This document shows, piece by piece, positions 7,986 through 17,402 of a stretch of 20,000 nt of DNA. The DNA comes from an uncultured virus (IMG/VR IMGVR_UViG_3300035034_000734) (lineage: Duplodnaviria; Heunggongvirae; Uroviricota; Caudoviricetes): IMG/VR virus record IMGVR_UViG_3300035034_000734. One strand, 5' to 3'. Each line of letters starts with the position of its first letter. Position 1 is the stretch's first letter. A model generated the notes under the pieces. It saw only the letters and a list, made by a program, of their open reading frames with translations. It did not search any database and had not been told where the DNA came from. The translations under genes and the position numbers were made by a program.

Positions 7986-9545
7986 ATGCAGATAATCGAT
8001 GCTGGTGAATCGCACGAGCCGTTTTCCAGAGTGTTCACTGAACACAACGGAGAAAAGATCGCGTGGGACCTACAGAAGTTCTATGGACGTCCTACTAACG
8101 CTACTGTGGCTGGTGTGTTTGAACTGATTAATGGATATTGGTCCAGTCTCCCAAGTTCACGGCAAGATAAGATCTTCCGTGTCTACGTCAATGCGCGTCG
8201 TTGCATTGATGAAGTTATAGACCCTAACCAACTGCATGTGCGGTTGACTGAGATCGTGAAAGACCTGTACGAAGCCATGACGTTTGAAGAAGTGCGTTAC
8301 TGGGCTCGTAACCATGGAAACATTCGAGTACCACCCTCTATTAAAAGCAACTACTCTGAACTTGAAATCTCTGACCGCAATCAAGTGGGTATGGACTATC
8401 AGGCGAAGACATACCTAAGAGACGACTATTTGGAATTGGTCAACATGTCCGTTCTGATGAAGCCTATGATTCCGATCTGGGCGGAGTACGGTCGTCTATT
8501 GGAACAGCTGTCCTCAACCAACAGCTATCGCGAGTATCAGTCGATGAGCCTTCTGAGTCGATCTGGTGCCGTTAACATCCCACCTATGGATCGGTTACGC
8601 CGATACGTAGAAACCTCGTCACTGGACTCTAAGACGGCCATGAGCGCAGCCTTGGGCGGCATCGGCAGCTCGGAGCTTCCTGACTGGTTGATGTCGATGG
8701 TGATCATTCGGAAACTGGTGATCATTGAGCTGTCCTCGTACGAAGACAGTAGCAACATCGTAAGTGTGGTGTATCACCATGTACGCAACACCATCAAATC
8801 GGTAGACCGTAAGTTCTCTGGGCGTATTCGAGAGAAGTCGAAGCCGCGCGGGGAAGACGATGACGAAAACAAATCCATCATTGAGACGTACAAGATCAAG
8901 CAGGAAATCTCCGATGGGGATTTGATGGTGCTATCCGTCTACACCGAGCAGACCTTGAACATGGCTCAACAGATCGTTCCCGACATGACCGCTAAGATGG
9001 TGGATGCGTGTCACAACGAAACCCGTAATCTCATGCATCAGCAGCCGACCGAAGGGCAACTTACCCTTCTACGGTGGATACTCGCTTCGGTGATCCCACC
9101 TCGGTCTATCGACAACATCAGCAAGCCCTCGTTACTGTCCTGCTTTGCAGCGGCACAAGCGATCTTGTGGTACCACGGTCAACCGGATCTGGCGTTGTTG
9201 TTAACCGCTGAAGAAGTCCGTGACAATCAGGGTTTCCTCATCGGGGGAATAGAGTCCCGCAGCCGTATCCCGAAAGATTATGTGGATCAGTTTGTGGATC
9301 TCTACCCGCACTATCAAGAGAAAGGTTCAAAAGAACGAGAGCGGCAAACCAATGTCGCCTGCAAAGCGATTGATCAAACTGCAAAGGACTTTGTGAAGTG
9401 CGATTGGCGAGCCCATGCTCCCAACGAACTCATGGCACTTGGCTCAACTGTGGCCGATAGAAAAATGATCAGTGCCCCCACTGATATAAAGACACAGTTA
9501 TCTGTCCTGGTACTTAGACTTGCAGAGATGCAAGAACAACTTTAG
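7986..9545 (+). CDS. Non-virion RNA polymerase promoter-specificity (sigma-like) subunit, phiKZ gp68-like
   Basis: 519 aa, mostly helical, size and position match gp68 between chmC and picA; RBS AGGAG. Confidence 0.75.
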   Translation: MQIIDAGESHEPFSRVFTEHNGEKIAWDLQKFYGRPTNATVAGVFELINGYWSSLPSSRQDKIFRVYVNARRCIDEVIDPNQLHVRLTEIVKDLYEAMTFEEVRYWARNHGNIRVPPSIKSNYSELEISDRNQVGMDYQAKTYLRDDYLELVNMSVLMKPMIPIWAEYGRLLEQLSSTNSYREYQSMSLLSRSGAVNIPPMDRLRRYVETSSLDSKTAMSAALGGIGSSELPDWLMSMVIIRKLVIIELSSYEDSSNIVSVVYHHVRNTIKSVDRKFSGRIREKSKPRGEDDDENKSIIETYKIKQEISDGDLMVLSVYTEQTLNMAQQIVPDMTAKMVDACHNETRNLMHQQPTEGQLTLLRWILASVIPPRSIDNISKPSLLSCFAAAQAILWYHGQPDLALLLTAEEVRDNQGFLIGGIESRSRIPKDYVDQFVDLYPHYQEKGSKERERQTNVACKAIDQTAKDFVKCDWRAHAPNELMALGSTVADRKMISAPTDIKTQLSVLVLRLAEMQEQL

Positions 9546-9555
9546 GAGTAATTCG

Positions 9556-11091
9556 ATGGCAAACTTTGTGGTTTCGCGCATGTTGATGTTTGAGACCGCT
9601 CGGTACGATGACGTGTTCCTGCGTCCGTACGAGTCTCACTTCAACCAGCAAATCGGTAACATGCTGACCGAGTCAACGGATGGTGGTACAAAAGTCAATC
9701 CAACGACTCTGGCAGCGGCGGCAGGTGCGTTCCTAAAGCCGTCAACCGCGGCGACTGGCATAGCGAACCTGGCGAACGGTTTTGGCGAGAAGCGCTTCTC
9801 GTTCATGATGGAGCTCCGCCGAGATAACGTAGGTCACTTGGGCGGCGGCAGTCGTTACATCTTGACCGGTTACACCAATCACTTGGGGATCAGCAACCTT
9901 AACGGCACGAATCACCTCGACCCGAACATGATGTTCTACATCAACAATGTATTTGAGTTGAGAGACACGTTCATCCCGACGCCTCACGGTAACGAACATC
10001 AAGTAAACGTGGCCAGCAGTCGACACGTGTTGCACAACCAAGGCTCGGCCGATTACATGCAGCAAAGCCAGCCGCAGTACACGCTGAGGCCAGAAGACAT
10101 CATGAGCGAGTTGGAGTACTCCGACACGGCTTTCACCCATGCGGACACGATCAATGGGACTTCGGTACTCAGTGGTCCACGCATGAGCGACCGCCGTAAC
10201 GAGTCGCGCCCGACGTATCTGACGAACACGATTCGGTGTTTCAAAGACGCACAGATGGACACGGATGCTTACGACGGCGCAGACGGGGGTGGTTACGATC
10301 AGTTGCATTCCAATCAGATCTGGAGTCACACCCGAGACAAACTGCGCGACGTGCCGGTATCCAACAACGCCTTCATGCAACTACTGATGTCTTCGACATC
10401 GTACAAGCAGACAGGTTTTGTGAACTACCAAGAACTGTGTCGACTTCTGCCAGAGTTAGACCATGTGGCGGAAGTAGTCATGGCCTCGCCTGCAGCAAGG
10501 TCGGCTGAGTATCAGCCCGGCCAAGGTGAGAACTGGGCGTCTATGGGTCAAGAGACTCTGGCGTCAACGATCATCCAACAGATGACCCCGGCGATCATGT
10601 CGGACTGTCTATTGACCAATATCGGCTTCGTTGCCACCAACGATACGATCGGTTCTATGGACGATGTGCGTGTGTATGCGGCGAATGGGTTTACCGAAGG
10701 GTTGGACTACAGCCGCTACATCAGTCACTTTATTGAGAGACTGAAGCGAGAAGTGCTGATGGACATCAGTCATTTCAATCAAATCCGATACTCGGTAGAG
10801 GTTCACATCGACCTGCTCAATGAGAGCTACTACAAAATCTCATTGGACGGCGGTCCTTTCGTCTGGCACACAGCCCCATCGTTCTGCGACGGTCTGTACG
10901 CGCCGGTGGTGAGTGGCAATCACGATTCGCTGGAAAACATGTCGAGCGACATCAGTACAATGTTGCACAACATCTCGGGAGAACTCTCTCAGATGGTGTC
11001 CGATGGAAACCCGGCCTACGGTTCGGTCAACTCACGTCATGGGCTAATCCCATCGACTAATACCCCATACACAGGCGATACAAGTCTGTGA
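9556..11091 (+). CDS. picA: PicA/Imp1 phage-nucleus protein import factor (phiKZ gp69-like)
   Basis: True start is likely ATG 9556 (RBS AGGAG at 9544-9548), giving 511 aa; directly downstream of the gp68-like gene. Assignment by synteny and size. Confidence 0.72.
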   Translation: MANFVVSRMLMFETARYDDVFLRPYESHFNQQIGNMLTESTDGGTKVNPTTLAAAAGAFLKPSTAATGIANLANGFGEKRFSFMMELRRDNVGHLGGGSRYILTGYTNHLGISNLNGTNHLDPNMMFYINNVFELRDTFIPTPHGNEHQVNVASSRHVLHNQGSADYMQQSQPQYTLRPEDIMSELEYSDTAFTHADTINGTSVLSGPRMSDRRNESRPTYLTNTIRCFKDAQMDTDAYDGADGGGYDQLHSNQIWSHTRDKLRDVPVSNNAFMQLLMSSTSYKQTGFVNYQELCRLLPELDHVAEVVMASPAARSAEYQPGQGENWASMGQETLASTIIQQMTPAIMSDCLLTNIGFVATNDTIGSMDDVRVYAANGFTEGLDYSRYISHFIERLKREVLMDISHFNQIRYSVEVHIDLLNESYYKISLDGGPFVWHTAPSFCDGLYAPVVSGNHDSLENMSSDISTMLHNISGELSQMVSDGNPAYGSVNSRHGLIPSTNTPYTGDTSL

Positions 11092-11108
11092 TGTAAGGAG
11101 AATACCTC

Positions 11109-12359
11109 ATGAGTAAAACCCAGCCACTGTTGGGCTTCTACGCGGGCATCTTGGAATCCTTGAACATCGAGGACGTCTCGGAAGGTCGATTGTCCCTGAA
11201 AGTACCGAACGAAAACGACGAGTACAGCGATACGCCGTGTTTGATCAATGGCAAGCGCGTTGTCCTACCGACGGATAAGATTCTTCGCAGTGGGTCTTTG
11301 GAAGGCATGATTGCTTTCCATCCCCTGTCCGAAAACATGCTTCGAGGCGAGAGTGAGATCGTCAAGTTCTTGCGTAAGATGATTAAGTTTCGTCTCTCGA
11401 GCGTTTCCTCTCAACTGCTGATCGAACTGATGAGCATCGCCGCCGATCCTGAGCGGCACGAGGAACTGAGTCCACGTCAGGCCGCGTATCTTCAATCGGT
11501 ACCCAACGCCAACGAGAAGACTGTGAAAGCAATGAGTAAGCTTCTTCACACGCACTTCGATGACTTGCTCAACATTTACCTTAAACGCCCAGACGCACGC
11601 TCCAACGAGAGTTACCGTCGACTGGCCGCCGTCAGCTTCCCAATTTGGGATGAGTTGAGTGCACCTGGCAGTAAAGTGTACGAAGTAGACTGCGGTAGCG
11701 TCAAGAACAAGAAGACCATTGCGTCTCTGTTCGAGTACGTCTTCCCCAAGCCTGACGATCTGGAAGAATGGTCCGAAGGCAGCAACAGCGGTACAGCGCC
11801 TTACTTCGATTCGCTGATGAAGTGTTACTTGAACATCGGTCGTCATCTGGCGAAGCTGGTCTACAAGTATCGAAAGTATCTGGATCATCCGGACCTGCAG
11901 CGCAGCAACCTGGATTGGGAAGAAGATCTGGATCAGTTAGATCGTTGGAAGACGTTGATTCCGCCGCTGCCGGGTAATGAAGGTGCCGTGGCAAAAGGTG
12001 AAAAGGAACCAGTCGCCGCTGAGAAGCCGAGAGGTCAAGGGTTTCGCCCAGACTTTCAAGCGGCAGCCCAACAGACAACCAACGCCGCCCCTGAAGTCGA
12101 GGACACTCCCCCATGGGAGGAGCAACCCGTTCCTCAGGTTAACCCTAACCCCGAACACGTCACCACAACCGGCACTGGTTTGGATTGGCGAGGCGTCATG
12201 CAGAGTCGTCCTCCGACTGCTCAGGTACCCTCCTACGTTGGTGGACAACCTGTTCAAAGTCATACCCAGTTCCAGATGGGTAATGGAGGAGCACCTCAGC
12301 AGTCTCAGTGGGGTCAACCCCAACCCGCTTGGCAAGGCGGTGGTGGTACGTCACTGTAA
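11109..12359 (+). CDS. Conserved chimallivirus protein (phiKZ gp70-like) with a long P/Q/G-rich disordered C-terminal tail
   Basis: 416 aa; RBS AAGGAG; lies between picA and the nvRNAP beta gene. Confidence 0.75.
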   Translation: MSKTQPLLGFYAGILESLNIEDVSEGRLSLKVPNENDEYSDTPCLINGKRVVLPTDKILRSGSLEGMIAFHPLSENMLRGESEIVKFLRKMIKFRLSSVSSQLLIELMSIAADPERHEELSPRQAAYLQSVPNANEKTVKAMSKLLHTHFDDLLNIYLKRPDARSNESYRRLAAVSFPIWDELSAPGSKVYEVDCGSVKNKKTIASLFEYVFPKPDDLEEWSEGSNSGTAPYFDSLMKCYLNIGRHLAKLVYKYRKYLDHPDLQRSNLDWEEDLDQLDRWKTLIPPLPGNEGAVAKGEKEPVAAEKPRGQGFRPDFQAAAQQTTNAAPEVEDTPPWEEQPVPQVNPNPEHVTTTGTGLDWRGVMQSRPPTAQVPSYVGGQPVQSHTQFQMGNGGAPQQSQWGQPQPAWQGGGGTSL

Positions 12360-12373
12360 TCGTTAGACGACAT

Positions 12374-12407
12374 AAGAGGAGGGGCGAACCCCTCCTCTTT
12401 GTTTTTT
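12374..12407 (+). terminator. Rho-independent terminator between convergent genes
   Basis: AAGAGGAGGGG-CGAA-CCCCTCCTCTT stem followed by TGTTTTTT. Confidence 0.92.
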
Positions 12408-12409
12408 GT

Positions 12410-12772
12410 CTAAGCAGCCTGTTGTTTCTTGGCCAACTTGAGGTTTACTCGATGTATCCGTAACAACCCATCGATGACCCCTTGAGAAGGCACCAGAAGA
12501 CTCAGGTGGTCCGCTCGGTACTGCATAGGACTCGTGTAGTCGTTGACTCTCATGATGATCCAGTGCATCTGTGGTTCGACCTGGTAGTCTTGCAAAACAC
12601 TCACCAAGTCACCCTCGCCTTTGTAGGCGCTCTGTGGATTGATGTCAACTACTTCAGTGTTGTCGTGGTTGCGTAAGAATTGCAAATGATCTTCAATCAA
12701 CTGTCGAAACCCTTGACTGTACATCAACGTAGGGCCTTCCGACGGCATGGTTTCATTCAATGTAATGGGCAT
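12410..12772 (-). CDS. Small protein, possibly LysM/T4 gp53-like baseplate wedge protein
   Basis: ATG at 12772 with GAGG upstream on the minus strand; 120 aa; YKGEGDLVSVL...MHWIIMRVND...LLVP resembles gp53/P2 gpX-type LysM-like domains. Confidence 0.65.
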   Translation of the reverse strand: MPITLNETMPSEGPTLMYSQGFRQLIEDHLQFLRNHDNTEVVDINPQSAYKGEGDLVSVLQDYQVEPQMHWIIMRVNDYTSPMQYRADHLSLLVPSQGVIDGLLRIHRVNLKLAKKQQAA

Positions 12773-12846
12773 TAGGAAAGCCTCGGGGATGGATGCGTTC
12801 GATACTATCATTCATCGTTAGGGGTTAGGGTGGGTTGTCGTCAAGA

Positions 12847-12873
12847 TTATTTCAAGAATATATCATAGACATG
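12847..12873 (+). promoter_or_regulatory. Candidate phage early promoter (ATATATCAT-N5-TG)
   Basis: Same motif as 7922-7937, in an AT-rich intergenic region upstream of the nvRNAP beta gene. Confidence 0.5.
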
Positions 12874-13025
12874 CTTACACATATCCTAACGTACTCTCAT
12901 TTCGTACGCTACGGATCAATGGTTTGAGAAATCTAAGTCCCACTTACATGGGACGCTATGGCGCCTAAGCCTAATAACAAGAAAAACCGATTGTATTAAT
13001 AAAATCAATACTCAAGGAGTTAACC

Positions 13026-14231
13026 GTGAGCGATGCAATTGTAAAAGAAACTCGGCGTAATGAACTCAGACCGGACATTCTGTCCGTAAACAGTTTACAT
13101 TGCTGGCCTGGACAGATATCTTCTCCTCGGCTGCAGATGTTTGGTAGTCACATCAGTCAGAGTTTGACAACCGTAGGGGCCAGTGAACGCCGTTGCTTTA
13201 CCGGTATGGAACCTAAGTTCGGTAAGTACACGTTTGGGGTTCGACTTGAACACGATGCTCGGGTGATCAAACTCATCACCCGATACCCTCGCACACTGGG
13301 CGATAACACCATTAAAGAAAGTCCGGAAAGCATTCTGATCTACGAGTACGATCGACGGCTGTCCAGTGGTCAGATGGTTAAGGAAGTGGATTTCATCAGT
13401 TGCCCCAGCCATCACACGCTGCATCAGAACTTTGGTTATCGCTATAAGTATCTGGACGCGCCATCGGACTACATTGGCGAAGGTGAGGTTCTCGCTCAAA
13501 GCCCTGCCATCGCTGAAAACGGCAACTACAAATTCGGTCTGGAAGCCAACGTCGCTATGATGTCGGTACCTCAGATCATTGAAGACGGTGTGGTGGCCAG
13601 CGAGTCTTTCTGTAAACGAATGACCACAACGGGCATCGAGACATACGTGATCAGCTTCGGTAAGAACAAATACCCACTGAACATCTACGGCGACTACGAC
13701 AATTACAAGATCCACCCAGACATCGGCGAACACGTTGGTGAGGACGGTATCTTGATGGCGATGCGTCGGTACGACGACGAGTTGGCTCCGGTCAACATGT
13801 CTCGAGCTGCTTTGAGGAAACCTGATTTTAAGTACGACGAGTGTGTCTACGTAGAGCCAGGTGCTAAGATTGTGGACATCCGAGTCAGTCATGACGAGCG
13901 TCTGTGCGGCGTGATCCGTGGTAAAGGTATGAACACCCCGGTGGGCATGCACGACCAACCCGACAAGTATTTGACGGCAGACCAAGTGTTCTACCGCTCG
14001 GTACTGAACGAGTACAAACGTCTGTTCGCTTCTCGTAAAGACGCTTTGCGCATCACCCCTCGGTTCCACAACCTATTGGTACAAGCGCAAGCGGCGACCA
14101 CCTCTGGTGACAAGCGTCGGATGATGCGAACGTATCGGGGGGTGCCAATCGACGAGTGGCGTATTGAGATCACAGTTGAGTATCCCATCGTCCCCACGAT
14201 TGGGTTTAAGTTGACAGGGTGTCATGGTGAT
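13026..14231 (+). CDS. Non-virion RNA polymerase beta subunit C-terminal part (phiKZ gp71-73-like), exon 1
   Basis: GTG start with RBS AAGGAG; SSPRLQMFGSHISQ and IEDGVV motifs; ends in IGFKLTGCHGD, the first part of the conserved GDKxxGRHGNKG motif. Confidence 0.92.
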
Positions 14232-14594
14232 GCGACTCTAAATTAACAGATATGAAGTTAGAGTCTGTCCGCCTCAGCAGCGATGTTGGGTGCGAATCTC
14301 TTTGAATTGCTGGGACGTCTTATTAGACGTACGCACCACTGTCGTGGGGAAACCACACGATCACGGTCTGAAAAGCGTACGGTAGAGACAATCAGCAGCG
14401 AAGCTTCTACGTACTGTCGTGAGGCAGGATAGGAAGAACGTTCAACGACCAAGGCCTTACCAGCCTGTAGGGGTCAAGCGACCCCGAAGTGGAGAGCGTC
14501 TCACTGAGACGAAGATATGGTCTGGTCCTTATGGAGACATAGGGCGGGTGTCTTAGCACACCGGCTGCACGTAGCGAGTGTAGTGGACAAAACG
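14232..14594 (+). ncRNA. Group I self-splicing intron (IA-like, 363 nt, no homing endonuclease ORF)
   Basis: P element AATTGCTGGG (14305), Q AATCAGCAGC (14390), R GTTCAACGACCAA (14440), S AAGATATGGTC (14512); P4 TGCTG/CAGCA; P7 GACCA/TGGTC; exon 1 ends in U and intron ends in G; removal restores HGD|KGV in frame. Confidence 0.93.
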
Positions 14595-15464
14595 AAAGGC
14601 GTACTTTGCGACATTGTTAAGGACGAAGACATGCCCGTGGACGCTGACGGCAACCGGGCAGAGTTGATCATGGATGGCCTATCGACTATTAAGCGGATGA
14701 ACGTGTCTCGCTGTATGGAGCAGTATCTGAACGCATGCTCTCGAGACGTGACGAAGAAAATTCAGGCGATGGTAAAGTCAGGCGAATCCAAGGAAGAGAT
14801 CAACAACTATTTGATGCCGTATTATCAGATCGTCAGTCCTCGTATGGTTGACTTGGTCTCGAAGAAGGGTATGGTGACCGATGAACATCTAGCGGCGATC
14901 GTTGAGGATGGAATCTATCTGTGGCAGCCTACTGATAACGAGGTGGAGCCCATGGATGTAATCAAGCAACTCAACGAGCACTATGCTCCTACCTTTGGTC
15001 CAGTCACATACCGTGGCATGGGCGGTGAGATGAAACGCACGGCGAACAAGGTACTGATCGGGAGCATGTACATCATGTTGCTCGAGAAGACCGGTCGTAA
15101 CTGGGCAGGTGTGGCCTCATCCAAACTCAGTCACTTCGGTACCCCAGCGAAGTTGACCAGCGCGGATCGTCACAGTCAACCTGGTCGTAACCAACCGATC
15201 CGATTCGGTGAATCCGAGGGTCGTCTGTTCGTCGCCATGGTTGGCGGTCGAGAAACGGCGGAACTCTTCGATCGGACCAACAACCCCGTGGTTCGTAAAG
15301 TGATTCAGGAACGGATCTTACGAGAAGCCAAACCCACCGCTATCGAGAGCATCATTGACAGGAAGAAGTACCCCAGCGGCAACGGTCGCGTCTTGTCCTT
15401 GATACGCCACTTCGGTGAGTGTGCAGGTTGGCGCTTCAAACGTGAGGTAACACATAATGACTAA
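14595..15464 (+). CDS. Non-virion RNA polymerase beta subunit C-terminal part, exon 2
   Basis: Begins KGVLCDIVKDEDMP...GNRAELIMD...KRMN; also GSMYIMLL and RFGESE motifs; predicted spliced product is 691 aa. Confidence 0.92.
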   Translation, partial: KGVLCDIVKDEDMPVDADGNRAELIMDGLSTIKRMNVSRCMEQYLNACSRDVTKKIQAMVKSGESKEEINNYLMPYYQIVSPRMVDLVSKKGMVTDEHLAAIVEDGIYLWQPTDNEVEPMDVIKQLNEHYAPTFGPVTYRGMGGEMKRTANKVLIGSMYIMLLEKTGRNWAGVASSKLSHFGTPAKLTSADRHSQPGRNQPIRFGESEGRLFVAMVGGRETAELFDRTNNPVVRKVIQERILREAKPTAIESIIDRKKYPSGNGRVLSLIRHFGECAGWRFKREVTHND

Positions 15465-17391
15465 ACCCGTAATAATGAAAGCCAGAGACGTTATAGCCCT
15501 TACCAAAGATCAGTTGTGGGCTTTGCCCCACGCTGACTCTTTGGAGTTGGTGTTTGACGACGGTAAGATTAAGACTACCGTCAAGCGAACGATCTACTGT
15601 GCGTATATGTGGAACGTCCACCGGCGGTACCCAAAGACCCCGTTGCTCACACGGCATCACATGGGTATGGATCGGATCTCTGGCAAAGTCCACAGCACGC
15701 TACTGGAATCAATCTATCGAGACTGGTACGACACATACCGAGGTGAATCTGAGTACAACCGAGAAGACTGCTGGAAGTTGCTGTACGAGACGGTGAATGA
15801 GATCTACAACGATTTCACTCAACGCATCGACGATCACGTTGCGACATTAAGCATCCTGGATTTTATGGAGGTATTGGATACTCCAGAGATTCGCGACGCC
15901 AATCAAAGCGTGGTCCCTACGCAGAAATCCATCGATGACACGTACGACGTCATCTCCAAATCTCTCAACGAGGATCAGTCTCTCAACAACAACGCCATTG
16001 CTCAAGCAGTGCGGTCTAACTTGGTCGACATCAAGCAAGTGTGTCAGTGCGTGGGGCCTCGGGGGTTCGTAACCGAGATCGACTCTACCATTTACAAACA
16101 ACCCATCACGGTCGGGTATGCGAAAGGCATCATGTCGCTGTACGATTCGATGATCGAGTCTCGGTCAGCGGCAAAGGCGTTGATGTTTGCCAAAGACCCG
16201 CTGGCTCAGTGCGAGTACTTTAACCGAAAGCTCCAGTTAGTGGGACAAGTGGTCACCGACATCGCTCCTGGCGATTGCGGTACTCAACACTACATGAGCT
16301 GGAAGGTAGAGTCTTCAGAACTGAAGGTCATGGACGGCATTCACTACGTGGACAACGGGGTGGTGAAGCCAATCGGGCCAACGGATCATCACCTGGTCGG
16401 ACAGATCCTACAGTTACGTACGCCGTTTGGCTGCGTGCATCCGGATCGTCAAACCGTGTGTGAGACGTGTTACGGTCAACTGGCCCACTCCATCCCAGAT
16501 GGTACGGTGCCCGGTCACATCGCAGCCATCTCCATAGGTGAGAAGACCTCTCAGCTGGTATTGTCGACCAAACACGTCGATGGCTCCAGTAAGGTGGATG
16601 ACATCGACTTGGGTGAGTTGTATTCACGGTACTTGGTTCCAGGAGCAGAGGACAACACGCTACGCCTGAGTCGAGACTTGAAAGGACTGCCGGTTAAGAT
16701 CGTGATTCCCTCAGACGGCGCTAAGAGCCTTCCCGACATCTACAACATCATCAACTTGGAAGAAGTGAACGTAGCCCGCTTGACTGAAATGTCAGACGTG
16801 GTGTTCCAAGTAGGACGTGAAGAAGATGAGGGCGGTATGCATGAAATCGCCGTACCCGTCTCTATGGGTTCTCGACTGGGGTCACTGACGTCGGAAGCAC
16901 TGTATTACATCAAAGAGCATGGGTATGGTGTGGATGAGAAAGGAGACTATGTGGTGGATTTGCATTCGTGGGACACGAGTATCGCGTTGTTCGAATTGCC
17001 TTTGAAGCACATCAACATGTTGGACTATCAGGACAGCGTGGAATCGGTGATACTGTCGGTCGATAAGAAACACGGGTTGAGCAGGTTCGAAGATCCCGTA
17101 GATGGGATTAAGTATCTACTCGCGTTGATCAGTTCTAAGCTGACCATCAACCTGTCTCACGTCATGACCATTGCGTATGCGGTGTCAGCGGTTGATCCTA
17201 AAGGCGCAGATTACCGTCTGCCCCGTGGTGGTGAGGACTTTAAGTTCGTGCCAATCGGTGACCTCATGGTTAACCGATCCATGGGTGCTATGATGGCCTA
17301 CGAGCGTCAGGAACAACCGTTTACGAACCCCGAGACGTACATGGTTAAGAACCGACCCCGTCATCCGATGGACGCGCTCCTGATCGGCTAG
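15457..17391 (+). CDS. Non-virion RNA polymerase beta' subunit C-terminal part (phiKZ gp74-like)
   Basis: QCVGPRG; bridge-helix region ESRSAAKAL...EYFNRKLQ; DCGT; Zn site RTPFGC...VCETCYG; trigger-loop-like SIGEKTSQLVLSTKH; RBS GAGGT. Confidence 0.92.
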   Translation: MTKPVIMKARDVIALTKDQLWALPHADSLELVFDDGKIKTTVKRTIYCAYMWNVHRRYPKTPLLTRHHMGMDRISGKVHSTLLESIYRDWYDTYRGESEYNREDCWKLLYETVNEIYNDFTQRIDDHVATLSILDFMEVLDTPEIRDANQSVVPTQKSIDDTYDVISKSLNEDQSLNNNAIAQAVRSNLVDIKQVCQCVGPRGFVTEIDSTIYKQPITVGYAKGIMSLYDSMIESRSAAKALMFAKDPLAQCEYFNRKLQLVGQVVTDIAPGDCGTQHYMSWKVESSELKVMDGIHYVDNGVVKPIGPTDHHLVGQILQLRTPFGCVHPDRQTVCETCYGQLAHSIPDGTVPGHIAAISIGEKTSQLVLSTKHVDGSSKVDDIDLGELYSRYLVPGAEDNTLRLSRDLKGLPVKIVIPSDGAKSLPDIYNIINLEEVNVARLTEMSDVVFQVGREEDEGGMHEIAVPVSMGSRLGSLTSEALYYIKEHGYGVDEKGDYVVDLHSWDTSIALFELPLKHINMLDYQDSVESVILSVDKKHGLSRFEDPVDGIKYLLALISSKLTINLSHVMTIAYAVSAVDPKGADYRLPRGGEDFKFVPIGDLMVNRSMGAMMAYERQEQPFTNPETYMVKNRPRHPMDALLIG

Positions 17392-17402
17392 GGTAGGAGA
17401 CT

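Noticed and set aside
9742..11888. Antisense ORFs of 212 aa (9742-10380) and 207 aa (11265-11888)
   Set aside because: Shadow frames of the real plus-strand genes
13095..14069. 324-aa antisense ORF
   Set aside because: Fully overlaps the conserved RNAP exon; typical shadow ORF with no motifs
14517..14594. ATG 14517 as the start of an independent RNAP gene
   Set aside because: The ATG lies inside the intron S/P7 element; the 26 residues before KGV are intron sequence
14232..14594. Pseudogene, frameshift, intein or intron-encoded homing endonuclease
   Set aside because: Clear group I core and in-frame splice junction; a stop codon in the insert excludes an intein; no ORF long enough or with HNH/GIY-YIG/LAGLIDADG motifs (14258-14452 minus is spurious)
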